The translations under genes and the position numbers were made by a program. The notes beneath the pieces were generated by a model, which was not told the DNA's origin, did no database searches, and saw only the letters and a program-made list of their open reading frames with translations. Below, in pieces: positions 11,976 to 25,558 of a DNA stretch of 64,000 bases. This DNA comes from Podarcis muralis (lineage: Eukaryota). The DNA lies in assembly GCF_964188315.1 (NCBI RefSeq), contig NC_135673.1, positions 6,386,001-6,450,000 on the forward strand, written 5' to 3'. Positions within the stretch are counted from its first letter, which is position 1, and each line of letters begins with the position of its first letter.

Positions 11976-14329
11976 GATGGTGGAGAAGTAAGAAATAGGT
12001 TGGCTAAGGAAAGGAAGGAAAAAAGCAATGTTTCTGGGGCTGGCCAGCCAGTGGCAAGTCAAAGAGGATGAGAAGAGTTATCTGAGTGAAAAGCTCACTG
12101 GGTAAAAAAAATAAATATTAAAAAATCTGAAAGCAAGGCAACCCCTGGGACTCCAGGCAATCCCAGGGGTCTTTGTGTTTCACATACTCACAAACATTCA
12201 TTTTTGTGCACATTATTTGGCTAGAGAGCTGCATTTCAAAAATCCAGAGAAGTGCGAATTTCAAAGGATGGCTATGTTTCAGTTTGCATATTGTTTCAGA
12301 AAACACAAACTGGGTAGGTTTGCCTTTAAAAATTAATTGGCTTTCTACCTGGTACCCTCAGCATGTGTTAGGCCATTCATTGTTTGCCATCTGAATTTCC
12401 CCATTAATTCTCGGTTTCAGAGGTAACTTTCTGCAGTAGAAGCAATGCATCAGAAAACCTGAATTGTTTCTTGTTTCTTATTTCTAAATCTCAGCACAGA
12501 GTGTTGAACATTTGTAGACTTTCTTGATCTCCTGCATTCATCAAGGGAGCAAGTATTGTAGGTAGGTTTTTAGCCAACTGACCTTTCAAACACTTTAGGA
12601 TAAATTGCCCAAAATGCAAGGGTACAAGGCAAGCATCACCTAAAACAGTCATGCTAAAAACAAAGGTAAAATCACTTCTACAAGTTGGAGGAAGATTAGT
12701 TTTTGAAAGTCTTCTCAGCCCATAGGGAGCAGCATTTGGGACAAAATGCCAGCTACCTTGACAGAGGGCTAGGTCTAACAAGTGCAGATGCAAACCATAC
12801 AACCATCACCTTCAAGCTCTCTTCTTTACCCATCCATGATATCTGCTCCATTCAGCCATGTTAGGACTCTGCAGGCAGAAGAGCAATGTGTGTTGCTCGG
12901 CTGATCAGCAGCTATTCTTTTCCAACATGAAGGTTATTAATGGCTATAATCCATCAAGTAATGGTCCTAAGGAAATGAATCTCCTGACAAGTAACCTTGC
13001 CACATCTGAAAACTTAGGTGGCTGTTGACATTGCTTGTAGAGAATTTCAGCAAGACAGCAGTTGAACAATGGCACTGGAGAAGTCTTCCAGAGGAATATA
13101 TATATGGCTTTGTTTATGAATCACTTCTCATAATATACCCCAAAGCAATTTCGCAGTGATCTTTAAAACAAACGATTTGTCTATTTGTAAAAGACAAATA
13201 GAGATGGCACCTGCTTGGAACGTGATGGAAAAGTTCCAAAGGGCAGGTGCCACAACACTAAAGGCCTGATTCCTACACTGTATGGATCAGACCTCTTGGT
13301 GATGTGGTGATCTTGGAGGAGGCCCTGTCCTGCACAGTTGGTTATATAAAGGATGAGTAAAGTGCTGCATATCCTGTCATTGCCATAAGCATTTGTATGT
13401 AGGGATGAGGGACAAATTCAGTTCAGTTTGTATCTGGATATGAACCTACCTAATTTGCACTTCCTGAAAAAAATGTGTGAACTGAGCTACCCTTAAAAAT
13501 ATCACAAGTCTCTGAATTTTGTCATTCCCCAACCCCCCCCCCCCAAAAAAAAAGGGGGGGGAGAGAATGTATAGGAAGGGGAAACATGTATTCTATCTTT
13601 TTGAAGATAGCATTTTAGACATTAGGGAAGTTGTTTGCAAAAAAAAAAAAAGAACAAAGTTGGGGGAGGATATGCTGATTAAGCTTGGTGTGGACTTTTT
13701 TATTTTATTTTATATGCATACTATTGCAGAAATATATGGCAAGCTGAGTTTAAGATTGGAAAAATGAGAAATGGAGAGGAACTGAAACTGACATGTGTCA
13801 TCTATCCCGATGTGAATATGTGCTCTATTCTGATGTCTGAGATCCAAGTTAGGATGGCAGGTGGCATTATTTATTAATTTATGTGTACTCTCAGACACCT
13901 TCATAAATAATTTATCTGGGGCGTCATATAAATCAATTAAAAATCTGCAGTTAAGAATTCCCTCAATAAATCTGTTAAAATATCCAAATAAATGCCACTG
14001 ACCCATGTGGTTCCCAGGTGGTCAACCACCCAGTCATTGACTACAATCAATGGTCCGTGCTTCTCATCTGAGCTGAAAGTCAGCTCTCACCTAATTTTCT
14101 ACATTTAGAAAAAGAAAAAGAACCACAGTTCCCAATCTTTCCATGTTTTCCAAGCTCAACTGCATGTTTGTGAGTGATTTAACAAGAGCTCTCTGTGGTT
14201 TTCCAATGCCATGGTGTTTCCTGGAGTGTCCATGATAGCCATCCTATGTAGCAGTTTTGAGAAAAAAGATATGGTGAGCTGTTCCTATTTTTGGAGTTTA
14301 AAACTGCCAAATCCTCATCTCTAAGAGCC

Positions 14330-14455
14330 AGGCAATTTGCTACCCTCCAGATGTTGGTGAACTACAACTCCCACAGTCCCTGACCATTGGCCATATTGGC
14401 TTGCCCTGATGGGCTTTGTAGCTCTGAAGGGTGCAACATTGGCTGCTCCTGCCTA
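14330..14455. mobile_element. Diverged palindromic MITE
   Basis: CCCTCCAGATGTTGGTGAACTACAACTCCC core, same family as 48721-48873 and 57612-57747. Confidence 0.55.
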
Positions 14456-16449
14456 AGAGCACCACTGTGGACCTAAGATTGAACAACGTGATATGCTTGA
14501 ATTCTTCCTTATGCTTTCAATCTCCACCCACCATTCTGCATCTTTTTGCTACTGACACACTCTGATTTCTACACTGTAATTAAAGTAATGAGGTTGGGTG
14601 TCAGAGAGCTGCACTGATGCAAACCTTTGTGAGGAAGGAAAGCATTTGAATTGTTTCCTTAATGTCCACTTGCGCTCTGTTAACTCTGCATAAAGTTTAA
14701 AGACCTCTGCTTCATTTACGATTTCCTCAGCATCTCTTAAGTTGTAATTGCTTTTTTTTTTTTCTTTTTTTTTTGCTTTTGCTTTTTATCTCTATCTCTT
14801 TCTGACCTGGCAGGGACATGGCAGGACAAAGCATCTTTGCCCCAGTGTGTCACTTTCACAAACGTAAGGCAGTTGGTGGTGGGTGGTGGTGGGCTCAGTT
14901 GGCCAGGCCAGGTGGGTGGTGGTGTGCGTGTGACATCATACAATGTGACAGGCTCCCCAATGTTGGGGAAAACTTGGTGTGTCTGCCATTGGCCATTCTG
15001 GCTGGGGCTGATGAGAGTTGGCCTCCAAACACATCTGGTGGGCCACAGATTTCACACCTCTGTGCTATGTTTGGCTACAGAATTGCCACACAGTATGGCC
15101 AAAACTCTGAAAAGAAAATATCTGAGCAATCATTCTGTCTCCAGCCGTTCAGTTTGGAAAGGATTGCTTCTCAGGGTAAGAAGCCTGTATTCTACTTCTA
15201 GGCTGCCATAACCCTTGAATGTTAATTGCCAGCCATGCCCCACAGGAGACTGCAGGGGAGGGCCAAAGTTGTGCAAGATGCATGAAAAAAAAGGAGGGAG
15301 GGGAAAAGAAAGAAAGAGAGAAGACTCTGGGTTGAAGGTAAAAAAATGAGAGTTGGGGATGTTGATCTGAAAAGGGAGACCCAGTGCAGATTCGGCCTTT
15401 GTGAGATCCTGAGAGAGTTTCTCTAATGGTCTTTGCAAGTCATTATTTCCTTTACATATTCTCATCTCTCCGACAAAAGAGAACACATAAATCACTTCTC
15501 CTTGTCCCAGTTTGACCCCACAACCTCTGTAAGATAATGAGGAGCTGCACCTATCTCCCCCACTCTCACTGCCAAGATTTATATCAAAGGACATTAATTC
15601 TCCATGATAACATCTCTATTTTTTAAATGCAAATGCCCCCTGATCCTTCCCTGAAATCTGCTCAGTGGGCTGCTTTTAACTCAACGTGTCTGAAATTTCC
15701 TTAGAAATTGGTGAAATTGGCTTGGCTGTCTCACAAGTTGGTGGATGCTCCTGGGAGCAGATTCTAATGCAGAAGATTTCACTACACGGGGGCTGAACTA
15801 GATTGCAGGCAGACTCTAAGAGACTTTGCACACATATTTCACACTGCACGTTTTCTCCTGTGATATGCATTCAGGAAAACAGCCACGTCCTGCATCATGC
15901 ACTGCTGAACACAGAAAATGAGTGATTTGCTAAGGTTAGCACTGGTCTGACTTGGAATACAAACTTGCTCTGTGCATAATGCTCCCTGGTGCCTTGAATG
16001 ATGCAACGGCAATGTCCTAGGCACCAGAGCCCTGGGAAGTGTACTTTGGGGGTGCTCTGGGAATTGTATGTACCATGACTCCTTATATCTGAGACACTGT
16101 TGTGAACATGTACAGCACCAGCCTAAGCACATGGAGTTCTAGGACGTAACAGTTCCCAAAGTTCCTGCTGTAAAAATTGAAAATGCTACATTTCCCAGAG
16201 TTCCTGGCTCTCAGAATGCTTTTGGGTGAGGGGGGAACAGAGGCATTTTGGCATATCCCAGGAATAAAGAACCTCAGGCCTGGGGCCCACATGCAGCCCT
16301 ATAGGTTTCTCTATCTGGCGATTAAACATGCCTCACTTAACCTGCTTTACACCTTCCTTGAGTGTTTTTGCCCATCTGGAATGTGTTCTTTAACTCACAT
16401 AATGCCTCTAGCTCAGGGGGATGAGGATAGAAAGGGCTGTATGAGTATA

Positions 16450-16692
16450 CAGTGGTAACTTGGGTTACATATGCTTCAGGTTACATACGCTTCAGGTTAC
16501 AGACTCCGCCAACCCAGAAATATTACCTCGGGTTAAGAACTTTGCTTCAGGATGAAAACAGAAATCGTGCGGTGGCGTTGCAGTGGCAGCAGAAGGCCCC
16601 ATTAGCTAAAGTGGTGCTTCAGGCTGCAGAACAGTTTCAGGTTGAGAACAGACCTCCAGAACGAATTAAGTTTTTAACACGAGGTACCACTG
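16450..16692. mobile_element. Tigger/pogo-type MITE
   Basis: TA TSD; TIRs CAGTGGTAACTTGGGTTA / TAACACGAGGTACCACTG. Confidence 0.9.
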
Positions 16693-18469
16693 TACATAGA
16701 AACTAGTCTGCTATACACTTGCATCCACTCATTTTTGCCTTTGGCACCCACTCACCACTGGCATGCACATTTTGGATAGCTGCCCAGAAGAAAATGAAGC
16801 CCTCTGGCTAAATCAGGTTCCCCTCCCCTGTTTATCCCACTGATTTGCATTGTGAAATTAGGATCTTAGATTGACAAGTATGTTTATTCCCAGGCCATGT
16901 TACTTTTGCATACAGACCCTCATAAATACATCCTGTTCAATTCTGCCACCATAGTCATCTTCATTATTTTTTTAAAGATCCATCCCAAAATCCACCTTTA
17001 AATATGGATATTTCATGTGTTTTCTTTCAAAAGATGCATTATAAAATGTGCAGTTTTTTTTAGCCAAGTACTGCACCACAACACTGAGAGGGAAATATGA
17101 AATCATTGCAATACACACACTAGTCTAAGAGCTATGGATTGGTTTCAGTTTACATTTGGAATTTGAAAAGATCAAATTCCTCAAGCATCCCTAATTATGG
17201 CTAGGAAGATCTCTGGAGGGGAAAGCCTGGAGCCCGGGCTAGCTAATGAATTCCTTGTCCTCTCCTCTATGCATCTCCACCCAACAGCTCCTGTTCATTC
17301 TCAAGGTGTTCTGTCCTAATGAAAACAAGGTCACGCTTGCTCAGCAGCTGATGGACAAGAAAGGAACAGGTGGAGAAGCTGTGCAGTCGTGTAGGTTTTT
17401 ATTCTGACATCCTTAATGGAATACAGATTTCAGCATTGCTGAAAGAGCTTATGCTTGAATAGCGAGAGAAGAATTATCCCATTGTCAGACACGGCTCAGG
17501 AATCATCAGGCGCGTAGTGCAAATATTTTGTTCTCAATGGAATGCAGGGGGGAAAACAAGGAAATGTTGAAGATTGAAGATTGAAAACACGGCACCTTCT
17601 CTCCATACATGAGAGATAAAGCGACCGCATTTGATAAGTAACTGCATCTGAAAAGAACACTTGGATTCACAGACTAGTCTGGCCCATGATGGCTATACTT
17701 GACACACAAATACACCCACCCAAAATTACTGCAGTTTGAGTAGGATGCAAAATTAATATTTTAGTCATGAACCACTGGATTATTATTATTCCAGATATTT
17801 CTTATGCAGGGGAACCTTATTCAGTCAAGCGACCACATTCCCTTGCGAGGCTGCACACCAGTGTCAGGTGTGGCCACACACACATCTCCATCCATCCAAA
17901 CATGAGGCATTATCACAGTTCAAGGGCACATTCCAGCTAGGTGAACTTACTAGCAGAGGATATGGACCATTGAGGTGAGTAGCCTGATTAGAGTTCCAAG
18001 GGCCATATATAGAGGCCTGTAGGTCAACATTCAGTTCCTGGATCCTAGATTTAATATATGGTGAGTTCACTCTTGATGCATTACACTCACCTTGAAGGCC
18101 AGACTAACTAGAACCCTATTTGGCTGTTCAAATCCCTCACATGATGAGGGAAGTCGATCACAGGTATTCTAGTTCTATCTCTGAAGTGGGAAGCCCTTCT
18201 TTTTCCAAATAATTCCCCCCCCCCCATCGGTTTTCCAGATTATTACAGATCAGACCAAATTACTTTAATACAACTCCCCCCCTTTTTTAAAAAAAAATCT
18301 GCTGCTCCTGTTGCAAACATATGTCCATCACTTCCTCCTGTAGCTGCTTCATCTCTTCTTTAATATCCACTTGATCCTTCACCTGATGTTAGTCGATTCT
18401 CGCAGCTGACTATTATTCTGTCCTTACATACCTCTGTTAATTCTCATAAATATAAAATCCATTTATTCT

Positions 18470-18504
18470 GTGAACCACCCTGAGACCCCTGGGCATAAAT
18501 TTGA

Positions 18505-18548
<44 letters not shown>
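18470..18548 (+). mobile_element. L2-type 3' tail with (AAT)n
   Basis: GTGAACCACCCTGAGACC followed by (AAT)n. Confidence 0.55.
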
Positions 18549-18549
<1 letters not shown>

Positions 18550-19521
18550 TCATGTGTGTAGTCTTTCATAAACGTTGTTCTCAGATCTGGTGTATTGGGA
18601 GAGTTAATTGCTATCTTCCCTTGTTTAGTTCCCTGCAGTGTTTACAAGGTCAATTCACATTCCATTCCTTCTGTTGTTCACCAGCTTGTGTACAGGATGC
18701 AGCTATAAATAACTCCCAGATAACATGTCCAATCTCTGGCATTAAAATTCCACTCTGGAGTTCTTCCTCAGCACACAGCTAAAGACAATGTCTTTTTCTC
18801 AAATACAGCCTCTTGCCAGATTTAATTAGCAGCCGTTCATCTTACTCTGCATTGCTCCCTCACACTTCTGGTCCAGTCCAAAGATAGTTTTAAATAAAGT
18901 CTATTGAACCTCGGTCGAGGGGGGAGGGCATAATAAAACCTTGTTAAATTCCTTGTTGAGCATAAATCAAAAGCCTCCCCACTCTTTTTCTCAGTACCAG
19001 ACAGAATAACATAGCCATGGCTACACATGTCTCTTTCATTTTGCAGGAGAGGACAAGGGTGGGAAAAGACCCTTTGGAAACCATATGAAAGCACAAAGCA
19101 CCTTGTCCTCCCCCTTACTTCCTGGCTGTTGTAAGGATTTTCAAGCTTCAGAAAATCATTCAAATACCTTCAAAGAGCCAAACCCAGTCCTTTTGGCAAC
19201 TGATTGATTGCAGCCTGTTATCATACGTCGTTTCAGGAGCGCCTCATGATTAACACCAACATTCTAAATTAGTGAGGAACCGATCACAAATCATGCCACT
19301 GAGGGAGGTTCATCCATTGCAGGGACACATTCCCAGGTCACACCTGCTCTGCCTTTCAAATTGACAGACATGGGCTTAAGCAGCACAGTGGGATGCAGTG
19401 AACTCCCCCAGAACCTACTGGGGAGCATTGCGAGGAATTTTACCTCATAAATCCTAGCTTTCCCCTGCCTGAACTTAGCACCATGAATCATGATGTCAGC
19501 AGAGAACCACTTTTCCAAATA

Positions 19522-20369
19522 ATTCCCCCCCCCCGAATTTTTTTATTTCCAAATTTTCCAAATTTATAAACAAACAAACACACATAAATCCAAAATGTAA
19601 TTATTCCACTATTGTTAACACTGTTAGGTGACTTCCTCAAATCCCCCTGGCTGAGTTTCAATGTATATCATTGTAACAGTTTTCCAAAACTAATTTCTCA
19701 AAAAATTTACTTAGTCAATTAACTTCTTTCTTTCTTTTCATATAAACTTTAAACATATTATTATATAGAATCACATATTTAAGTCCTAAGTCAATCTGGT
19801 ATTTGCAAGTATTTCTATTTAAATTATCTTAGCATATTTAGCTAAATATTTTAAATTTCATTCATTCTTCCTGGTACTCCTCCTTTTGGTCACAGACTCT
19901 TCCAGTCAGGTCAGCTAGCTCCCAAAAGTCCATCATCTTCATCTGCCATTCCTCTGCTGTTGGCACTTCTTGTATTTTCCAGTTCTTGGCTAACAAAATC
20001 CTAGCAGCAGTTGTGGTATACAAAAACAATCTAACATCTTGGGCAATTCCAGACCTATTATTCCAAGAAGGAAGGCCTCTGGTTTCTTAATAAATGTATA
20101 TTTCAACATTTTTTTCTAATTCATTATAAATCTTATCCCAGAAGTTTTTCACCTTGGCGCAGCTCTACCACATATGATAAAAGGTACCTTCTTTTTCTTT
20201 ACATTTCCAACATAGATAATCACTATTGTGATAAATCTTTGCTAATTTTACAGGAGTTAAGAACCATCTATACATCATTTTCATAATATTTTCCTTTAAC
20301 ACCAAACATGCAGTGAGCTTAACCCCTTTCCTCCACAACCTTTCCCAGTCTTCAAACATTATGTTATCC
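19522..20369 (-). mobile_element. 5'-truncated L1
   Basis: ORF 20165-20359 YRWFLTPVKLAKIY...CWKCKEKEGTFYHMW (L1 Cys-rich region); possible TSD CTTTTCCAAATA at 19510-19521 and 20370-20381. Confidence 0.88.
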
Positions 20370-21192
20370 CTTTTCCAAATATTTTTTATTGGTTTTCATG
20401 TAAATACAAGAACAAGATATAACTACTGTAGCTTGTCCAGTGGTGCATTAAGTTTCATATGCAGTACACAGTACACAAGAAATATGTTTATTTATGCATT
20501 ATCAATTCAAGTATCCTCTCCACAGAGATTATTATGTTGTGGATGGAATAAAAGTATATTCTGTCACATTTATAAAGGAAAAGAATGAAAGCCAAGTCTT
20601 GCCAAAAGTGCCTATTCTTGAAGTGCCTTTAACTACCCTTCTGTGACAAGTAAGGCGTTCTGATAGAGCCACACTCCAAATATTATTTACCCAGATTTCA
20701 GTAGGGATTACTATAGGTTGTTTCCAGTATCTGGCTATTGTTAATCGGGCTGCTGTTAATAATAAAAAATACCAAATCTCTGCATTTAAGGTTACTGATT
20801 AAATTTGAGTCTAATGGTAACAAGGCAAGAGCCAAATTGGGTGAAAGAAATTGCTGCATAATTTTGGAAATAATGTGAAACACCTTTTTCCAAAAGTATA
20901 TCATTGTGCAACTCTACCATGCATGAAAATATGAGTCTAACTCCCTGTAGCCTTTCCAGCATAGGGGAGAGATGCTAGTGTTTATGTTGGCTAGACATGA
21001 TGCAGTGTAGTGCCAGTGAAATATAATTTTAAGAGAAGTCTCTTGCCAATGAGCAGAGATGGTTCATAGGGATGGGTTGTGCCAAATTGATTGCCATTTA
21101 TTATCTGCAGTTATGATCCCTTAGTCTTTCCCCCATACTGTATGGAGGCCTCCTGTATAACCTGCATATTGTTCTAAAAGAATGCTATAAAT

Positions 21193-21600
21193 AAGGCATG
21201 TCCAACATGTTGATAGCAATCGACTTGGGGATCACTGACTGATTTTCGTCGATCGCAGGCTGAGAAAGAAAAGCCTTTCTCTGCAGCCTGGGACGCAGCC
21301 AGTCCAGTCTCATGCAAGTCTCAGCTCCTCCTCCTCCTCTTCCTCCAGCCGAGGAAGCTGACTTGCCTTCCTTCACAACACCTGCTCTGCACTGCACTCT
21401 GTGTGTGTGTGTGGGGGGGGAGGTTAGAGCACCAGCGGTGGGGTGAGGGGGACGTGGTGCCCTAAGGCAGGGCTGGGTTGTGTGTGGGGGGGGTGTTCCC
21501 AAAGGGTACTGACTTGGGGGTGGGGGCAATAACATGATTGGACTTGAAACCAAAAGCTCCAGAAGCAGAAAGACTGAGGTGGAGGGAGAGAGTGAGGATG

Positions 21601-21680
<80 letters not shown>

Positions 21681-21832
21681 CTGGCTCCTCAGATCTGTGC
21701 AAACTAATATAAAAATATAGTTTGACTTTTCTCACTTGTTTAGTTACTTAATGACTTCGGAGAGTGGTAGATCACTGCCAGTTTTTGATACTTGTTGGTA
21801 GATCGCAGCTTATTTGAGGTTGGACATGCCTG
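21193..21832. mobile_element. Non-autonomous hAT element with heterogeneous interior
   Basis: TSD CTATAAAT at 21185-21192 and 21833-21840; TIRs AAGGCATGTCCAAC / GTTGGACATGCCTG; internal (GT)n(GA)n at about 21603-21678. Confidence 0.85.
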
Positions 21833-23296
21833 CTATAAATGAAAGATGCAGCTCATTTTATTTCATATCTTGATTTGTTACCGAGAGACTCAAATGACAT
21901 AAGAGAATGAAGCCCCTCCCCCTTGCGTTCCAAGTATCTTGCTAATGTGAACAATTGAATAGATTGAAACCAGGTTAACTAGGCATCATCCAGTTTCTCC
22001 ATGAGCTCATGCTTAGAAATTGCTTTGCCTAGGCAGAAGCTCTCTTACCTAATTGATGCCTTTCTCCTCAATTTTTAAAAATTGTCCATATTTATCCTCC
22101 TGTTGGAATAATAGAGGGTTCAACAGTGGAGTCAATGGTGAGGGTTTGGGAACCAGAACTCAGTCTCAATAGCTCCACGTCATAAGCACTGCCTTTAAAA
22201 AAGCGTTTTGAATCTTTTCCCACTCAGCCTGGGATAGTTTTAGGAAAGGAAATGACCTTACAGACGGTGAAGAGAGAGGGGCCTTGACCTGCACCCATGG
22301 AATGTCATATTGTCCCCTAATCAAGGGAATCAGAGATTTAATCTGAAATGCTGCAGAATAAGAGTCCTAAATTTGGCATTCTGAGACCTCCCTTAGATCT
22401 ATGCCTAAATAAACTAGATCTTTTCCCAGATGAAACAAATAGAATTAGCTTTCGTTGTGATTCTTTAAGCAGAGGTGAGGGAATACAGATGGGCAAAACC
22501 TCAAAAGAATATGAAATATTTGGAAGAATAGATATTTTAATCACAGCTATCTTGCCAAGCCAACTGAGATTTAAATGTTTCCATTTCACCAATTCTTGGG
22601 AAATATCTTTGAACAGGTTTTTTATAGTTTCTGCGACTAAGCTGCTTAAGATCTGGTGTTAAATTGATGCCAATATATCTAAACCCACCATGAGCAATGC
22701 TAAATTCTGGTTGTGGTATTAGTTACTCATGAATCATTGTGGGTAGGTTAATTGGAAGAACGGCAGATTTTGCATAATTTATCTCCAGTCCTGCAACTGC
22801 ATGAAATGCATTCAATTGTTTTTTGAGTGGTTGGAGTGCATTAAGAGGGTCTTGGAGAATAACCAGAGTGTCATCAGCAAACCTATTTATTTTCTGCTCA
22901 GTATTTATAATTCTCACACCTTCAAGTGTTGCATCTACCCACAATTGAATGGCAAGCACCTCTATCACACTGCAAAAAGCAGTGGCAACAGCAGGCAGCC
23001 TTGACGGGTGCCCCTATTGAGGTGTATGGGTTTGGTGATATACCCATTTAATGTAATGATGGCATTAGACTGTGAGTAAATTTGATTAATGATATGAAGG
23101 AATTGCTTACGAAATTGTAATTTAGCTATTAAAGGTTTTTAAAATGGCCACAGAATTCTGTCAAAGGCCTTGAAGGCATCCAGAGAAATTAAAGCACCAG
23201 GGGAGTTTTGTGTGTGGAGCTCATGATTTACATTAAGAATTTGTCTCACTGAATCCAAAATATTTTCATGAAACCTGTTTGGTCAGTTGAAATATA

Positions 23297-24213
23297 CAGT
23301 GGTGCCCCGCAAGACGAACGCCTCGCAAGACGGAAAACCCGCTAGACAAAAGGGTTTTCCGTTTTGGAGGCGCTTCGCAAAACGAATTTCCCTATGGGCT
23401 TGCTTTGCAAGACGACAGCCCATAGGGAAATCTGCGGGGAAGCGCAGCGCGTCTTCCCCACTGTCCTCGGACCTCCTCCGAAGCCGGGCGGCGGGGCGGG
23501 AACACCTCCCCCCGCCGCACGGCTTCGGAACGATGCTCCGAAGCCGGGCAGCGGGGAGGGAACACCTCCTCCTGCCGCCCGGCTTCGGAACGATGCTCCG
23601 AAGCCGGGCGGCGGGGCCGCGAAGCCTGGGCGCGCTGATCTCAGTGCGCGCAGGCTTCGGCATGCTGGCAACTCTCCGCAAGCAGCGGGAGCGCTCCCAC
23701 TGCTTGCGGAGAGGTCCGCGAAGCCTGTCCAGGACAGCTTTTGAAGGCAGGGGGGGGAGCAAAGACTTTCGCCCCCCGCCCGCCTTCAGAAGAGGTCCTG
23801 GACCTCTTCTGAAGGCAGGCGGGGGGCAAAAGTCTTTGTCCCCCCTGCCTGCCTTCCCAGGGGCTTTTAAATCGCCCCGGACAGCGGAGAAGTCCTCCGC
23901 TGTCCCGGGGCGATTTTAAAATGCCGCCCGCCAGCATTTTAAGATCGCCCTGGACAGCGGAGAAGTCCTCCGCTGTCCCGGGGATTTTTAAAATGCTGGG
24001 GGTGGGAAGAAAAGCCCTTGTCCCCCCCCCCCAGCCTTCAGAAGAGGTCGGGGGACAGACTGTCCCCGGACCTGGTCTGAAGGCAGTTTCCATAGGAACG
24101 CATTAATTGATTTTCAATGCATTCCTATGGGAAACCGTGCATCGCAAGACGAAAAACTCGCAAGACGAAGAGACTTGCGGAATGAATTAATTTCGTCTTG
24201 CGAGGCACCACTG
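23297..24213. mobile_element. Non-autonomous Tigger/pogo element with GC-rich internal repeats
   Basis: TA TSD; TIRs CAGTGGTGCCCCGCAAGACG / CGTCTTGCGAGGCACCACTG; interrupts the L1 RT. Confidence 0.92.
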
Positions 24214-24447
24214 TATTGTCCAACAAAAATATTGATCCTTTTGACCATTACTGCCATGAAAAGTTTTGCATCAACATTAATAAGAGCAATAGGTCGATAC
24301 GAGTCCACTTTTGTGGCATCTTTCCCTGGTTTCAGAAATAAGGTCAGTTTTAAAGTTCACCAAGTTTTGGGAATTTCCCCTTCTTCTAAAATTGAATTAA
24401 ATAGACTAGTTAACCAGGGTGAGAGTTCCATTCTGAATACCTTATAG

Positions 24448-24779
24448 CAGTGGTTCCCCATTAGGGGTCCAGGGACCCCTAGGGAATCCACAGAATCCAC
24501 CCAGGGGGGTCTGTGGCTCCATCCCTTGGTTTCCCCCAATTAAAATTTTGTCATTTTTGTATGGTAATATCACAAATGTTATTGTCTGGTTTGTTTGTTT
24601 TTTGGTATATCTAAAATCCTTTGCTTATTAGGCGCTGCCTCACATTCTGTTAAAAAAAACTGCTATGCAGAGGTAACTACCACAGAGTTATCAAAAATTT
24701 CAAAAGTAGGGGGTCCATGGCTTCGCTTTTGAGAAATGGGGAGGGGGGTCCTAAGTAATTAGCTAATTGGGAGCCATTG
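24448..24779. mobile_element. hAT MITE
   Basis: TSD CCTTATAG at 24440-24447 and 24780-24787; TIRs CAGTGGTTCCC / GGGAGCCATTG. Confidence 0.88.
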
Positions 24780-24920
24780 CCTTATAGTATTTTCCTGAGA
24801 AGCCATCTGGCCCTCGTGATTTACCCAATTTTAGTCTTTTTATTGCATCCTATATATTCTCTTGGGATATTCGTTGATTCAGATGATCCCTGTGCTCCTC
24901 AGACAATGGTTTAAGGCACA

Positions 24921-25168
24921 CTTGAGAGAGTGTTTAGTGGTTAAGAGCGGTGGACTCATAATCTGGTGAACCACATTCGCTTCCCCGCTCCTCCACATGC
25001 AGCTGCTGGGTGACCTTGGGCTAGTCACACTTCTCTGAAGTCTCTCAGCCTCGCTCACCTCACAGAGTGTTTGTTGTGGGGGAGGAAGAGAAAGGAGATT
25101 GTTAGCCGCTTTGAGACTCCTTAAGGGGAGTGAAAGGTGGGATATCAAGTCCAAACTCTTCTTCTTCT
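24921..25168 (+). mobile_element. tRNA-derived squamate SINE with (TCT)n tail
   Basis: TAGTGGTTAAGAGC head, TGACCTTGGGCTAGTCAC core, (TCT)n tail; a near-identical copy lies on minus at 41059-41309. Confidence 0.88.
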
Positions 25169-25558
25169 ATTGAGGATGGTGAAGGATTGTCAGAGAAGTA
25201 TAATATTTTATCAATTAACAAAGTATCATTGCATAATCGTCAATGGGCATCATGCATGCCAGTAATCTGATTTTTTAATTTACACTTTTTGACAGCATGA
25301 GCTAATAGATGACAAATTTTGTTACCAAATTCATAATAAACACTCCTGACTCTTGCCATTGCTTTATGTATGCGTTCAGACTCAATAGGTTGTAATTCAG
25401 AGCAAGTTTTTTTTTCAGGGCCTGACTTAATTTTTTGGATTTTGAGGTCTGCGACTCCTTTTCCAATATTTTAATCCTAGCAGTAAGAGCACTGATTTCA
25501 GATTCATATACCTTTTTCCTTCTTGAGGCTTCACTAATGCAGTGCCCCTTTAAGACTA

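Noticed and set aside
15676-15870. ORF with RING-like spacing (CEIC...PCSEIFC)
   Set aside because: Lacks the His and correct later Cys positions; no supporting exons.
18090-18190. 90-nt minus-strand segment bounded by CAG and GTGAGT
   Set aside because: All three reading phases contain stop codons.
18200-19530. Identical TTTTCCAAATAATTCCCCCCCCC at about 18201 and 19511
   Set aside because: Low-complexity sequence at LINE tails; cannot distinguish a shared 3' end from a target preference.
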